DNA of 64,000 nucleotides from Bacteroidaceae bacterium (GCA_017531985.1 JAFXJY010000019.1:1009-65008); one strand, 5' to 3'. Numbered from the stretch's first letter, positions 9,511 to 19,210 are shown. Notes: a model not told the origin generated them from the letters alone. Made by a program: numbers and translations.

Positions 9511-9583
9511 AGCGGCAGACGGGACTCGAACCCGCGACCCTCAGCTTGGGAAGCTGATGCTCTACCAACTGAGCTACAACCGC
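9511..9583 (-). tRNA. tRNA-Gly (anticodon CCC)
   Basis: Hand-folded cloverleaf: GCGGTTG/TA/GCTC-AGTTGGTA-GAGC/A/TCAGC-TTCCCAA-GCTGA/GGGTC/GCGGG-TTCGAGT-CCCGT/CTGCCGC/T. It is 73 nt and CCA is not encoded. The acceptor stem has a U5-G68 wobble and a U6-U67 mismatch. Confidence 0.85.
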
Positions 9584-9727
9584 AAGTTGTGACAAAGGTA
9601 AGGATTTTTTTTGATTGATAGAGCAGCAGAATGAGAAAATATAGTGTTTCGATGATATTTGCTCTATTTAATCAGGCTTTATCAAGAAAAGATTTTGTAA
9701 GTTTACCCCTACATAAAATAGCATACC

Positions 9728-10225
9728 ATGAAACGTATAGGAATCTTATCGGATACACATGCTCACTGGGATGAGCGTTACGAGAAGTATTTTGCCGAGT
9801 GCGACGAGATATGGCACGCGGGTGATATTGGGAGTGAGGAGGTATTGGACAAGCTGGAAAGTATAAGACCGGTGCGAGCGGTGTATGGGAATATTGACGG
9901 ACATCCCATTCACATCAGAACGAAGCAACACGAACGGTTTGTGATAGAAGGAGTAAGTGTGTGGATAACACACATAGGTGGTTATCCGGGCAGGTATGCT
10001 CGTGAGGTAATTCCTGAAATATTGCAACATCCACCTAAGTTGTTTATATCGGGACATTCACACATAGCCAAGGTGATGTACGATAAGACTCTCGATTGCT
10101 TGCACATCAATCCCGGTGCAGCGGGATTGTATGGGTTTCACAAGGTACGCACCTTGGTGCGTCTTGTTATAGATGACGGAGAGATGCGAGATCTTGAAAT
10201 TATAGAACTTGCCGATACGAAATAG
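9728..10225 (+). CDS. metallophosphoesterase family protein (YfcE/MJ0936-like)
   Basis: The ordered motifs DTHAH, AGD, GNIDG and GHSH are typical of calcineurin-like phosphoesterases. Length is 165 aa. Confidence 0.8.
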   Translation: MKRIGILSDTHAHWDERYEKYFAECDEIWHAGDIGSEEVLDKLESIRPVRAVYGNIDGHPIHIRTKQHERFVIEGVSVWITHIGGYPGRYAREVIPEILQHPPKLFISGHSHIAKVMYDKTLDCLHINPGAAGLYGFHKVRTLVRLVIDDGEMRDLEIIELADTK

Positions 10226-10300
10226 CATTGTGTGTGCATTATGGTTTTGTAATAAAAGGAAAAAATATGTAAAATACTGTGGTTTAAAAAAAAGAATGTA

Positions 10301-10308
10301 TATCTTTG
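10301..10308 (+). promoter_or_regulatory. Bacteroides-type -7 box
   Basis: TATCTTTG lies about 98 nt upstream of the ATG at 10406. Confidence 0.35.
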
Positions 10309-10405
10309 TCGCGAACTGCACAGATGTATGACACTCGTTGCTAAATAATTAACAGCATTGAGATAATCATGCATCCGATATAAACAACAGATATAATATT
10401 AATTA

Positions 10406-10930
10406 ATGAGACCATCATATTACCCTATATTACGCATAGTGCTGACGCTGATAGCGGGCGTTGCCATGATATTATTTCCGGGAGAAATACTTTCATACAT
10501 AGCTATATTGTTGGGCTTTCTACTCATCATACCGGGTGCGATACAATTGATAAGGTATGGCGTAGTACGTTTTAAGCGTAATCGTCGCGACCGTCGCTAT
10601 CATCCCATGAAGTTTCCATTTATAGCATTGCTTGCAGTCATAGCCGGTGTTGCCATCGTAGTGTTGTCGCACGAACTGGTGGGAATTTTTTCAATATTGC
10701 TGGCATCGGCTCTTATCTTTGTGGGCGGGTATGAGATTATAGCTCTGATACGCACCAAGAACAAGCTGAAAGTGGCTGTATATTTATTACCTACGTTGTT
10801 GATATTGCTGGGTATATTTATTCTTGTCAACCCACTTCATCTGATACCCAGTATGATTGTAATCATGTTTGGTGTAGGTGCTATCATATATAGCATCAAC
10901 GAGGTGGTGTATCTATTAATGAAGGATTAG
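10406..10930 (+). CDS. DUF308 / HdeD-like integral membrane protein
   Basis: The 174-aa product has about 6 hydrophobic helices with a repeated pattern (..GVAMILFPG.., ..GVAIVVLSH..). Confidence 0.55.
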   Translation: MRPSYYPILRIVLTLIAGVAMILFPGEILSYIAILLGFLLIIPGAIQLIRYGVVRFKRNRRDRRYHPMKFPFIALLAVIAGVAIVVLSHELVGIFSILLASALIFVGGYEIIALIRTKNKLKVAVYLLPTLLILLGIFILVNPLHLIPSMIVIMFGVGAIIYSINEVVYLLMKD

Positions 10931-10997
10931 GCTACTTATATTAAGATAGATAGTTCAATAATAGATGAGTTGTCGAAGTGTTTCACCACAAGGAATA

Positions 10998-11480
10998 CTA
11001 CCGATAATATCGTGTGCGATGCATATCATCTAAGATTTCGAATATCAGTTGCATGACTTGCGGTATGACACGTCGTACCTCGGGCGAAAGTTGTACACCG
11101 ATAGTTGGGTTATTGCTTACACTGATGGCAAGTAACTCGACACTGGGTACTTGGTTACAATGGTTGAGAGCAGCTATAATGTCGTATAAGTTATTATGAT
11201 GATTATTAAGCAGTTGAGGATAATCGGTGGATATTCGAGGCGATAATCGTTGTACCGTGCCGGGAGGGTTATTGTCGATGGCAGCATCGATGAGGATGAG
11301 ATGCTTGTACTGCTGCATGGTGTCGAGCAGTTTGACAGTATCGGTACCCCCATCAAGAAGATCAACATCGTCGGGCATACTCATTGATTTGAGCATGTGA
11401 ATAATGTGAATACCTACTCCGGCATCGTTGAGAACTAAGTTTCCTATTCCTAATATAAGTACATTTTTCATTCTTGCCAT
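10998..11480 (-). CDS. hydrogenase maturation protease family protein (HybD/HyaD-like), orphan
   Basis: MARMKNVLILGIGNLVLNDAGVG..LLDGGTDTVKLLD..HLILIDAA..PPGT aligns by eye with E. coli HybD (LGVGNILLTDEAIG..ILDGGTAG..HLIIADAI..APGT). Start is at ATG 11480 or 11471. Confidence 0.7.
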   Translation of the reverse strand: MARMKNVLILGIGNLVLNDAGVGIHIIHMLKSMSMPDDVDLLDGGTDTVKLLDTMQQYKHLILIDAAIDNNPPGTVQRLSPRISTDYPQLLNNHHNNLYDIIAALNHCNQVPSVELLAISVSNNPTIGVQLSPEVRRVIPQVMQLIFEILDDMHRTRYYR

Positions 11481-11485
11481 ATTTA

Positions 11486-11515
11486 GGGAACTCCTATCAA
11501 TTCCACAGATTAATA
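11486..11515 (+). repeat. copy b of the ~30-nt intergenic motif
   Basis: Sequence is gggaactcctatcaattccacagattaata, ending 5 nt from the start codon of the protease-like gene on the opposite strand. Confidence 0.6.
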
Positions 11516-11618
11516 ATTCAATCAAGACTTTATATTGATGTCGTTACCATGAAGGGTACATCATGTAAACGAAGCACAATGTTATTTGTTCACCATCGAG
11601 GGTAATGTTATGGAATGA

Positions 11619-11757
11619 TTAAGAATCTGTTTTGAATTTTAGTAAACAAGTTCATCCGCTATTGTTAAGAATTGTTTCGGCTTCTTTGAACCTCTTTTCG
11701 GCATCTGTTCAGAATTGTCCTCAAATAATCTCGTAATAAAATTAAAACAGATTCTAA
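11619..11757 (+). repeat. TIR-bounded repeat element, copy 1 (MITE-like or structured RNA)
   Basis: The left end TTAAGAATCTGTTTTGAATTTTA and right end TAAAATTAAAACAGATTCTAA are inverted repeats. The 139-bp body is about 85-90% identical to 26995..27191. Confidence 0.6.
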
Positions 11758-11907
11758 CAATAGAACAAGTAGATAAGAGTAGAATGCTTCACATTTTGAA
11801 GCATGGGTATTGTAGGTATAGGAGTTTTGTTGTAACTTTACGGCTGATAAATGAATATCACATATATTAACCAATAGAGCAACCAGAACTTGTAAAACTG
11901 AGATAAT

Positions 11908-12387
11908 ATGAAGCGATGTACCCTACCGGCATTGATAATGATTGTGACAATGGTAATGTTTTCGTGTAAGCCTAATTATGAGGCGACAAAGGCGGCTTAT
12001 GAGAAGGCTATGGCGGCTGCGATAGAGAAACCCACCATTACAGCCGATACACCCACCGACGATGCCATTACCGAGATACAACCTATTGTCAACAGGACTA
12101 CCGTTGCACGCGAACGAAGTGAGAGTGTCAAGGTGATAGATAATGGAACGATAGAGCGATATAGTGTTGTAGTGGGTACGTTTAAGCAGAAAACCAATGC
12201 TTGTGGCATGCGAGACCGACTGATAGCTGATGGTTATGAAGCCGTTGTGGCACAAAATGCACAAGGCGTGTATCGTGTGATAGCATGTAGTTACGACAAT
12301 AAAGCCGATGCCGAGAAAGCACGTCGTGAGTTGATGGAACACTACGGAGAGTCATACATACGCGACCCGTGGTTACTTGTCAAATAA
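11908..12387 (+). CDS. SPOR domain-containing lipoprotein
   Basis: A signal peptide ends in a lipobox-like MFSC. The C-terminus (YSVVVGTFKQKTNACGMRDRLIADGYEAVVAQNAQGVYRVIACSY..KADAEKARREL) fits the SPOR fold pattern. Confidence 0.7.
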   Translation: MKRCTLPALIMIVTMVMFSCKPNYEATKAAYEKAMAAAIEKPTITADTPTDDAITEIQPIVNRTTVARERSESVKVIDNGTIERYSVVVGTFKQKTNACGMRDRLIADGYEAVVAQNAQGVYRVIACSYDNKADAEKARRELMEHYGESYIRDPWLLVK

Positions 12388-12469
12388 TGGTGTGCAAAAA
12401 AACAAGTGATAGGATATAATTTAATAGAGCTGTCTACGTTTATATAATGTATAAAAGCAAACTGTATCT

Positions 12470-13489
12470 ATGAAATATATCGCAAGGATAATAATACTCG
12501 CAGTCATGGTGCTGATGGCAGGAGGACGAAGTTACGCCCAAGAGGGACGTACATCGTATGACTTCATGAACATTACTCCATCGGCTCATGCCTACGCACT
12601 GGGTGGCAACAACATATCGATAATAGAAGAAGATATTACACTGATAGAGAACAATCCGGCTTTATTGGGGCCGGAGATGCACATGAAGTGGGGTATCAAC
12701 TACATGATGTATGTAGCCGGCATACATTTTGCCGGGACAACATTCGGAGTAGCAACATCAGATCGCGGAGCGTTAGCGGCCGGCCTACAATACTACGGTT
12801 ACGGTTCGATGCCTATGACCGATGAGACCGGTCAGGTATTAGGGAAATTCAGTCCACAGGACATACAGATACAATGCACTTACTCCCACGACATTATAGA
12901 GGGACTGCGTGGAGGTGCAAGGTTGAAATTTGTATATTCCAATTATGAGCAGTACACCGGCATGGCACTTGCCGTAGACCTTGGTATCAACTATTACAAT
13001 GCCGAGAAGGAGTACTCGCTATCCTTGGTAGGTCGTAACCTGGGTGGTCAGTTGAAACGCTTTGCCAACAGTTACTGTAACTTGCCGATGGACTTACAGT
13101 TGGGGTACAGCCAAGTGGTAAAGAACACACCCATCCGCATCTCAATCACAGCCCATGACTTGTGGCGATGGAAGATACCCTACCCCACTACAACGATTAA
13201 CAGTGAGGGGATTATTGTGGAAGATAAGTTTTTCGAACATTTCTTCCGCCACCTCATCTTTGGAGCTGAATATTTGTTCAGTGAGAACTTCTACATAGGA
13301 TTGGGGTACAACTACAAGGTGGCAAGTGACATGCGAACCGACAATCGCAATTTCATATCGGGATTCAGCATAGGAGCCGGATTGAAGGTGAAAATGTTTG
13401 CCGTAGATGTGGCTGTGGCAAGTCATCATGTGGGAGGAACAACACTCATGTTAAACTTGTCGACAAGTCTGAGCGATTTTGTAAGATAA
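12470..13489 (+). CDS. porQ: type IX secretion system outer-membrane protein, PorQ-like (PorP/SprF superfamily)
   Basis: It has a signal peptide and then YDFMNITPSAHAYALGGNN, matching the F..L..SAR..ALGG-type N-terminal signature of the PorV/PorQ family. The 339-aa product has a beta-barrel-like alternating pattern. Assigned from memory only. Confidence 0.55.
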   Translation: MKYIARIIILAVMVLMAGGRSYAQEGRTSYDFMNITPSAHAYALGGNNISIIEEDITLIENNPALLGPEMHMKWGINYMMYVAGIHFAGTTFGVATSDRGALAAGLQYYGYGSMPMTDETGQVLGKFSPQDIQIQCTYSHDIIEGLRGGARLKFVYSNYEQYTGMALAVDLGINYYNAEKEYSLSLVGRNLGGQLKRFANSYCNLPMDLQLGYSQVVKNTPIRISITAHDLWRWKIPYPTTTINSEGIIVEDKFFEHFFRHLIFGAEYLFSENFYIGLGYNYKVASDMRTDNRNFISGFSIGAGLKVKMFAVDVAVASHHVGGTTLMLNLSTSLSDFVR

Positions 13490-13506
13490 ACCAAGCATAC
13501 ATCATC

Positions 13507-14202
13507 ATGAATATACCTCGCATAACAATAGCCATAGACGGATTTTCGTCGTGCGGCAAGAGTACAATGGCCAAAGAGTTGTCGCGACGCATAGGCTACA
13601 TATATATAGATAGTGGAGCGATGTATCGTGCCGTTACACTCTATTGCCTCGACAACGGTGTGATAACCAATGGAATAATCGATAGAGAAGCACTTGCTGC
13701 GGCTATCGATAAGATAGAAATAACCTTTGCTGCACATCCCATTACAGGCAAACAAGAGACCTACCTCAACGGAGTGTGTGTCGAGCAGGAGATACGCACC
13801 ATGCGTGTGTCGAGCAGTGTAAGCATCGTTAGTCAAGTAGATATTGTGCGTCAGGCTCTTGTGTCACAACAACAAGCATTGGGCAAGAACAAGGGTATTG
13901 TGATGGATGGTCGCGATATAGGAACGGCAGTATTTCCCGATGCAGAGTTGAAGATATTTGTGACAGCTTCGGCTCGTGTGCGAGCCGAGCGACGTGCTGC
14001 CGAGATGCAAGATGCCGATATTGATGAGATAGAGCGTAACATAGCCATGCGTGATGAGATGGATATGACTCGCGAGATAAGTCCGCTACGCAAGGCCGAT
14101 GATGCCATAGAACTTGACAACTCACACATGAGCATCGAGGAACAAAACGAGTGGCTCATACAACGCTATCGTGAGGCAATAGCAAGAATAGAGATGATGT
14201 AA
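13507..14202 (+). CDS. cmk: (d)CMP kinase
   Basis: ITIAIDGFSSCGKSTMAKEL (P-loop) and DSGAMYRAV; 231 aa. Confidence 0.9.
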   Translation: MNIPRITIAIDGFSSCGKSTMAKELSRRIGYIYIDSGAMYRAVTLYCLDNGVITNGIIDREALAAAIDKIEITFAAHPITGKQETYLNGVCVEQEIRTMRVSSSVSIVSQVDIVRQALVSQQQALGKNKGIVMDGRDIGTAVFPDAELKIFVTASARVRAERRAAEMQDADIDEIERNIAMRDEMDMTREISPLRKADDAIELDNSHMSIEEQNEWLIQRYREAIARIEMM

Positions 14203-14206
14203 TAAT

Positions 14207-15079
14207 ATGGCACAAGTAGAGATAGATAACAACTCGGGATTCTGCAACGGAGTGGTGAGAGCCATACAAGCAGCCGAGCATGAGCTGGAACAAGGTGGCG
14301 AGTTGTATTGCCTCGGCGATATAGTACACAATAGCAATGAGGTGGAGCGTCTGCGTGCCAAGGGGCTGATAACCATCAATCATGATGAGTTGCGTAACCT
14401 TCGCAATGTCAAGGTTCTGTTACGAGCTCATGGCGAACCACCTGAGACATATCGAATAGCACAAGAGAATAATATCGAGATTATAGATGCTACCTGTCCG
14501 GTAGTATTACAGTTGCAACGCAAGATAAAGAAAAGCTACGATACTCGCAGCAGTATCAATGACCAGATACTCATATATGGCAAGGTGGGACATGCCGAGG
14601 TCAATGGGCTTGTGGGTCAAACTGATGGTGAAGCTATCGTACTGGAAAGTCCTGCCGACCTCGACAAAGTGGACTTCGACAAACGGATAGTTCTTTATTC
14701 GCAGACGACCAAGTCGGTACAACATTTTGCCGAGATGGTGGAGCTTATCAAAGAACGCACCGAAGGAGAACGATTTGAGTGGCACGATACGATATGCCGG
14801 CAGGTTGCCAACCGTATTCCCAACATCCGCGAGTTTGCTCGCACACACGATCTTGTACTCTTTGTGTGTGGCAAGAAGAGCAGTAATGGCAAAGTACTCT
14901 ATGAGGAGTGTCGCTCAGTCAACCAACATACGCACCTTGTATCGGATATTGAGGAGTTGGATGCCTCTTGGCTCAATGGCAAAAGCAACATAGGTATATG
15001 CGGAGCTACTTCGACTCCACGCTGGCTTATGCTACAATTTCAAGCTCGCGTCGAGGAGTTGTTAAGGGATATTCTATAA
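14207..15079 (+). CDS. ispH: 4-hydroxy-3-methylbut-2-enyl diphosphate reductase
   Basis: GFCNGVVRAI, DATCPVV and FVCGKKSSN match the three Cys-containing regions of IspH/LytB. Length is 290 aa. Confidence 0.9.
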   Translation: MAQVEIDNNSGFCNGVVRAIQAAEHELEQGGELYCLGDIVHNSNEVERLRAKGLITINHDELRNLRNVKVLLRAHGEPPETYRIAQENNIEIIDATCPVVLQLQRKIKKSYDTRSSINDQILIYGKVGHAEVNGLVGQTDGEAIVLESPADLDKVDFDKRIVLYSQTTKSVQHFAEMVELIKERTEGERFEWHDTICRQVANRIPNIREFARTHDLVLFVCGKKSSNGKVLYEECRSVNQHTHLVSDIEELDASWLNGKSNIGICGATSTPRWLMLQFQARVEELLRDIL

Positions 15080-15179
15080 AAGAGCAAGAATAACACCATA
15101 GCAGATCAAGAATAGAGCAAGGAGGTTACCCGTTATGATGGGAAACCTCCTTGGCATTTACAATGGACAGTAAATAATA

Positions 15180-16361
15180 TTATCTCTCACCACCGGTGAA
15201 AATCACGATGCGATTCCAGTCGTTATCGTTGGGATAGGGTTGCTGACTACTACCCTCACCAACGATGATGATGCGATCAGCAGCAATGCCATATTGGTTG
15301 CGTAATATCTGAGCGACAGCCTCGGCACGACGTTGGCTCAACTTCATGTTATAATCGGCCGAACCTGTGTTGCGGTCGGCATAACCGGTAATGGTAACTT
15401 TGCATGTGGGGTTGTCTTTAAGCCACTGAGCAACGTTGTAAATGTTGACCATCTCGCGTTGAGACACCGTTGCACTGTTGATGGCAAACGAAACCGAAGC
15501 CGTCATTGTACCACTGCAAGCATCTTGTTCGACAACGATTGTCTCGGTCACTTCGGGACAAGGCGGGCAGGGTTGTTTCTCGGGTGTGCGAGAACGACAT
15601 GCATCGAGCTCGGCTCGTAATTGATTGGTACGACGATTAAGTTCGGCAATCGCCAACTGGTCGACATAGGGATCATAGGGTTTGAAACGACCTTGACGAA
15701 ACTTGAAAGAGAGACCGGCAATAGCCGAAACAGCCATTTCGACCTGACTACCGGCAATGACATGATTGAACTGGTCGCCGACAGCTTGTACTCGTCCCTC
15801 GATAAAGAAATCGACATAGTGAGCCAGATTAAAATTAAACTTAATACCACCGGTAATGGGTAAAGCCCATGTCTTGTCGTTATTGCCGGTGTGATGCCAA
15901 CCGTAGGCACCTCCAAGACCCACAAAGGGGATGATAGATAGAACCCGACGCTCGCTGTAACCAAAAACCGAGTTGGTCATGTTCCATAGAAAATCGAGAT
16001 AGAAAGCACCATATTTCATGGAACCTTCGTTATTCTCATTCCAGTTGAAGTGTAGAGAGCCGGCCATCGCACTCATACGCATACCTACATATGGAGTTAT
16101 CCACTTACCCACAGCCAAGTTCATGGCCAGAGTGAACCGAGCATCGCTACCGCTATGCTCCGAGAGGAAAGTCTGTGTACCTGCACCCAGTGAGAGATAC
16201 CAGTTGTCAAGATTACTATCGGCATAGTAATGAACTTTACCGGGAACTAACTCGGCAACAGTCACTTGCTCTTCAACGACATATTGTGCCGAAGCCGATA
16301 AAGCCGAGCTGCATGCAAGGGTCACAATACCACATAAGTAAAAAAACTGCTTCGTTCTCAT
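15180..16361 (-). CDS. OmpA family outer-membrane protein
   Basis: A signal peptide and N-terminal beta-barrel region are followed by a C-terminal OmpA_C domain (ITGYADRNTGSADYNMKLSQRRAEAV). Confidence 0.85.
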   Translation of the reverse strand: MRTKQFFYLCGIVTLACSSALSASAQYVVEEQVTVAELVPGKVHYYADSNLDNWYLSLGAGTQTFLSEHSGSDARFTLAMNLAVGKWITPYVGMRMSAMAGSLHFNWNENNEGSMKYGAFYLDFLWNMTNSVFGYSERRVLSIIPFVGLGGAYGWHHTGNNDKTWALPITGGIKFNFNLAHYVDFFIEGRVQAVGDQFNHVIAGSQVEMAVSAIAGLSFKFRQGRFKPYDPYVDQLAIAELNRRTNQLRAELDACRSRTPEKQPCPPCPEVTETIVVEQDACSGTMTASVSFAINSATVSQREMVNIYNVAQWLKDNPTCKVTITGYADRNTGSADYNMKLSQRRAEAVAQILRNQYGIAADRIIIVGEGSSQQPYPNDNDWNRIVIFTGGER

Positions 16362-16602
16362 TTTTTCATAAAAATTTAATTGATAATATTATTTTCACGT
16401 CGGTAAAGGACAAAATAACCTTGATACCAACATTTTTTTGTAATTAAAACAATTGAAGGTTAATAGTGTTCAACCTCGAAAGAGATGAAATGGGATAGTT
16501 AATGTGCAGGGCGAGGCTTACAAATCACAAAAAATTGTAACGAAACTGCGTAGTTTCTATATTATTTAGTACATTTGAGACGCGAAGCAACAATGTGAAC
16601 CA

Positions 16603-17484
16603 ATGGCAAAGAATATGAAAAATAAAAAAGACAAAAATAACACACCGCACCAGAACAAGTTGCTACAACGATTCCGCATCAAGTTGTACAGCGAAAATGA
16701 CGATAACGAAATGTGGAGTGGTAGCAGCACACGCTTGGGTATGATAGCTATCGTAGCGGGTATTGTAATGTTTATAGGCTTTATAATGTTCAGTCTGTTT
16801 GCATGGACTCCGCTTCATAATATATTGCCGGGTTATCTGCGAGCCGAAGCACGAGCTCAGGCCATTGACAATGTACTTCGTGTTGATTCGCTATCGCATG
16901 AGATGAGTGTCAGGGATATATATATGGAGAATATTTATCGTATTCTTACCGACGATATACCCTTGGACAGCATTGTACTGAACGATAGTATTGCGGCAAG
17001 CCTCGACTCGGTAAAGAGATGGACTCCCGAGATACTCTCCAAGTCGTCGCCCGAGAGCGAAGCATTCTCGCGAGCGTATGAAGAGAGCGAGGAGTATAAC
17101 CTCACAATGTTGCCACCACCATCGGAAGGAATACTTTTCTACCCACCATTGAATGGCAATATTGTCAAGTCGTATGCACCGCAAAACAAGATGTACGGAA
17201 TAGAGATACAAGCTGCACGCATGTCGTCGGCATCGTCGGTATTGGATGGCACTGTGGTCTCGATTACTCACACTATCAGCAACGGATATGTGATGGTGAT
17301 ACAGCACAATAACAACTACATGAGTGTGTACGGTAATATAGGTGAGTGCATGCGTCAAGTGGGTGATAATGTACTGGCCGGAGAGCGTATAGGTCGCGTG
17401 GGAACAACGATGAACGATGTTTTACACTTTGAACTATGGGCAAACGGAACCTCTATCGATCCTCAAAGGTATATTGCATTCTGA
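16603..17484 (+). CDS. M23 family metallopeptidase (peptidoglycan endopeptidase-like), membrane anchored
   Basis: One N-terminal TM helix is present. The C-terminus (GTVVS..GYVMVIQHNNNYMSVYGN..GERIGRVG..LHFELW) is typical of LytM/M23 domains. Confidence 0.8.
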   Translation: MAKNMKNKKDKNNTPHQNKLLQRFRIKLYSENDDNEMWSGSSTRLGMIAIVAGIVMFIGFIMFSLFAWTPLHNILPGYLRAEARAQAIDNVLRVDSLSHEMSVRDIYMENIYRILTDDIPLDSIVLNDSIAASLDSVKRWTPEILSKSSPESEAFSRAYEESEEYNLTMLPPPSEGILFYPPLNGNIVKSYAPQNKMYGIEIQAARMSSASSVLDGTVVSITHTISNGYVMVIQHNNNYMSVYGNIGECMRQVGDNVLAGERIGRVGTTMNDVLHFELWANGTSIDPQRYIAF

Positions 17485-17502
17485 TGTAAACATACAAGTA
17501 TC

Positions 17503-17997
17503 ATGGCAACAGAAATAGAACATAAATACATTGTAACGAGTGATGAATATCGCACAGGAAGCATTGAGCAGCAGCGATATATACAAGGCTACCTGACGAC
17601 AAGCAAAGAGTGTGTCGTGCGTGTACGCATAGCGGGAGAACGTGCCGTCCTGACTATTAAAGGCGAAAATCGCGGTGCTTCACGTCAAGAATACGAGGTG
17701 GATATTACTATCGACATGGCCCAATCGATGCTACACCACATGAGCATCACTCCTATTATCGACAAAACCCGTTACATATACCCCTACCGCGGACATCGGT
17801 GGGAAATAGATTGTTTTCATGGCGATAATGAGGGTCTTGTGATAGCCGAAATAGAACTTCAAAGTGAAGATGTTGAATATGAGCTACCACCTTTTGTGGG
17901 CAAAAACGTAACAGGAATAGCACGATATTACAACTCCAACTTGGCACAGCGTCCATTCAAGCAATGGAGTATCGAGGAGCAATGTGGTGTCGATTAA
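17503..17997 (+). CDS. CYTH domain-containing protein (triphosphate tunnel metalloenzyme)
   Basis: The N-terminal EIEHKY matches the CYTH ExExK signature. Length is 164 aa. Confidence 0.8.
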   Translation: MATEIEHKYIVTSDEYRTGSIEQQRYIQGYLTTSKECVVRVRIAGERAVLTIKGENRGASRQEYEVDITIDMAQSMLHHMSITPIIDKTRYIYPYRGHRWEIDCFHGDNEGLVIAEIELQSEDVEYELPPFVGKNVTGIARYYNSNLAQRPFKQWSIEEQCGVD

Positions 17998-18016
17998 AGG
18001 AAAATACCATAGCATT

Positions 18017-19090
18017 ATGAAACGTTTTATCACATTACTAATAATCCTTATAAACATAACACCCTACGTCAACGGTCAGAACAGGATACAAGGAGTAGAA
18101 CGGTTGCGAGATATGCAAGAAAAGGGTATAATGTTTGGTCACCAAGATGCACCATTCTACGGTGTAGGATGGCGAATGCAACCCGAACGTTGTGATGTAA
18201 AAGAACTATGCGGCGATTATCCTGCTGTGATGGGCTTCGACATAGGAGGTATTGAGGTGGGAGACAAAAAGAATGTAGATAGTATCCCCTTTACACGCAT
18301 GCGAGAAGAGATTCTGTCGCATGTGGAGCGAGGAGGTATTGTCACATTAAGTTGGCACCCACGCAACCCACTGACCGGAGGTACGGCGTGGGATGTATCG
18401 GACGAAACGACAGTGAGCAGTGTTCTTCCGGGAGGCACGCAGCACTACAAGTTTCTGGTGTGGATGCGTCGCGTAAGAGACTTTCTGCAATCATTACGAG
18501 GCGAATATGACCGTCCTGTCAGTATCATCTTCCGCCCGTGGCATGAGAATAACGGAGGATGGTTCTGGTGGGGAGAGCCGCATTGCAGTGATGAAGAGTT
18601 TCATGCACTGTGGTGTATGTTGCAAGATTATTTTCTTGTAGAAGGTCTTGAAAACCTGATATGGTGCTATTCGCCCAATTATAGTTCACGTCTTACCGAG
18701 GAACATTTCCTTGAACGCTATCCCGGTGATGAGCGTGTGGATATAATAGGTCTTGATGCCTATCAATGGACTCTCGAAGAAGAGGAACAATACAAGACCC
18801 AACTTAGTTCCAACCTTGATGTGGTGTGTAACTATGCCGAGGTTCACGATAAGATAGTGGCACTTACCGAATGTGGAATGCAGGATGTAGCCAATGCCAA
18901 GTGGTGGACAGAGGTTATTACTCCGCTGATAGAGGACTATAAGATAAGCTATTTTCTTGTGTGGCGTAATGCCGGCCGACATGCTTACTACGGTCCGTCA
19001 AAAGAGAATGCCGATGCAACCGATTTTCTGCGTATGTATGAACGAAAAGATATACTCTTTCTTGAAGATATATTGAGAAAAACCGAGTAA
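18017..19090 (+). CDS. glycoside hydrolase family 26 protein (beta-mannanase-like)
   Basis: MKRFITLLIILINI.. is a signal peptide starting at ATG 18017. RPWHENNGGWFWWG matches the GH26 catalytic-acid region (HE.NG.WFWWG). Confidence 0.75.
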   Translation: MKRFITLLIILINITPYVNGQNRIQGVERLRDMQEKGIMFGHQDAPFYGVGWRMQPERCDVKELCGDYPAVMGFDIGGIEVGDKKNVDSIPFTRMREEILSHVERGGIVTLSWHPRNPLTGGTAWDVSDETTVSSVLPGGTQHYKFLVWMRRVRDFLQSLRGEYDRPVSIIFRPWHENNGGWFWWGEPHCSDEEFHALWCMLQDYFLVEGLENLIWCYSPNYSSRLTEEHFLERYPGDERVDIIGLDAYQWTLEEEEQYKTQLSSNLDVVCNYAEVHDKIVALTECGMQDVANAKWWTEVITPLIEDYKISYFLVWRNAGRHAYYGPSKENADATDFLRMYERKDILFLEDILRKTE

Positions 19091-19181
19091 GCACAAGCTC
19101 TCATAAGCTGTAAAATGAGGATATTATAAAAAAATGAGATTTTTTTCGCCTCAAAGTAACGGAAATATCAATTCTTTTCAC

Positions 19182-19189
19182 TACATTTG
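19182..19189 (+). promoter_or_regulatory. Bacteroides-type -7 box for tRNA-Ser
   Basis: TACATTTG lies 22 nt upstream of the tRNA 5' end. Confidence 0.5.
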
Positions 19190-19210
19190 CATCCGCAAAC
19201 GACTAATAAA

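Noticed and set aside
9511-9583. The U6-U67 mismatch in the tRNA-Gly acceptor stem, considered as evidence of a pseudo-tRNA.
   Set aside because: All other stems, the loops and the conserved GTTCGAGTC T-loop are intact, and a single acceptor-stem mismatch is tolerated in many functional tRNAs. I kept the functional tRNA call and noted the mismatch in the evidence.
10998-11480. A hydrogenase gene cluster implied by the maturation protease.
   Set aside because: No hydrogenase subunit, hyp or ferredoxin gene is present in the window, so no cluster can be claimed. Only the orphan status is reported.
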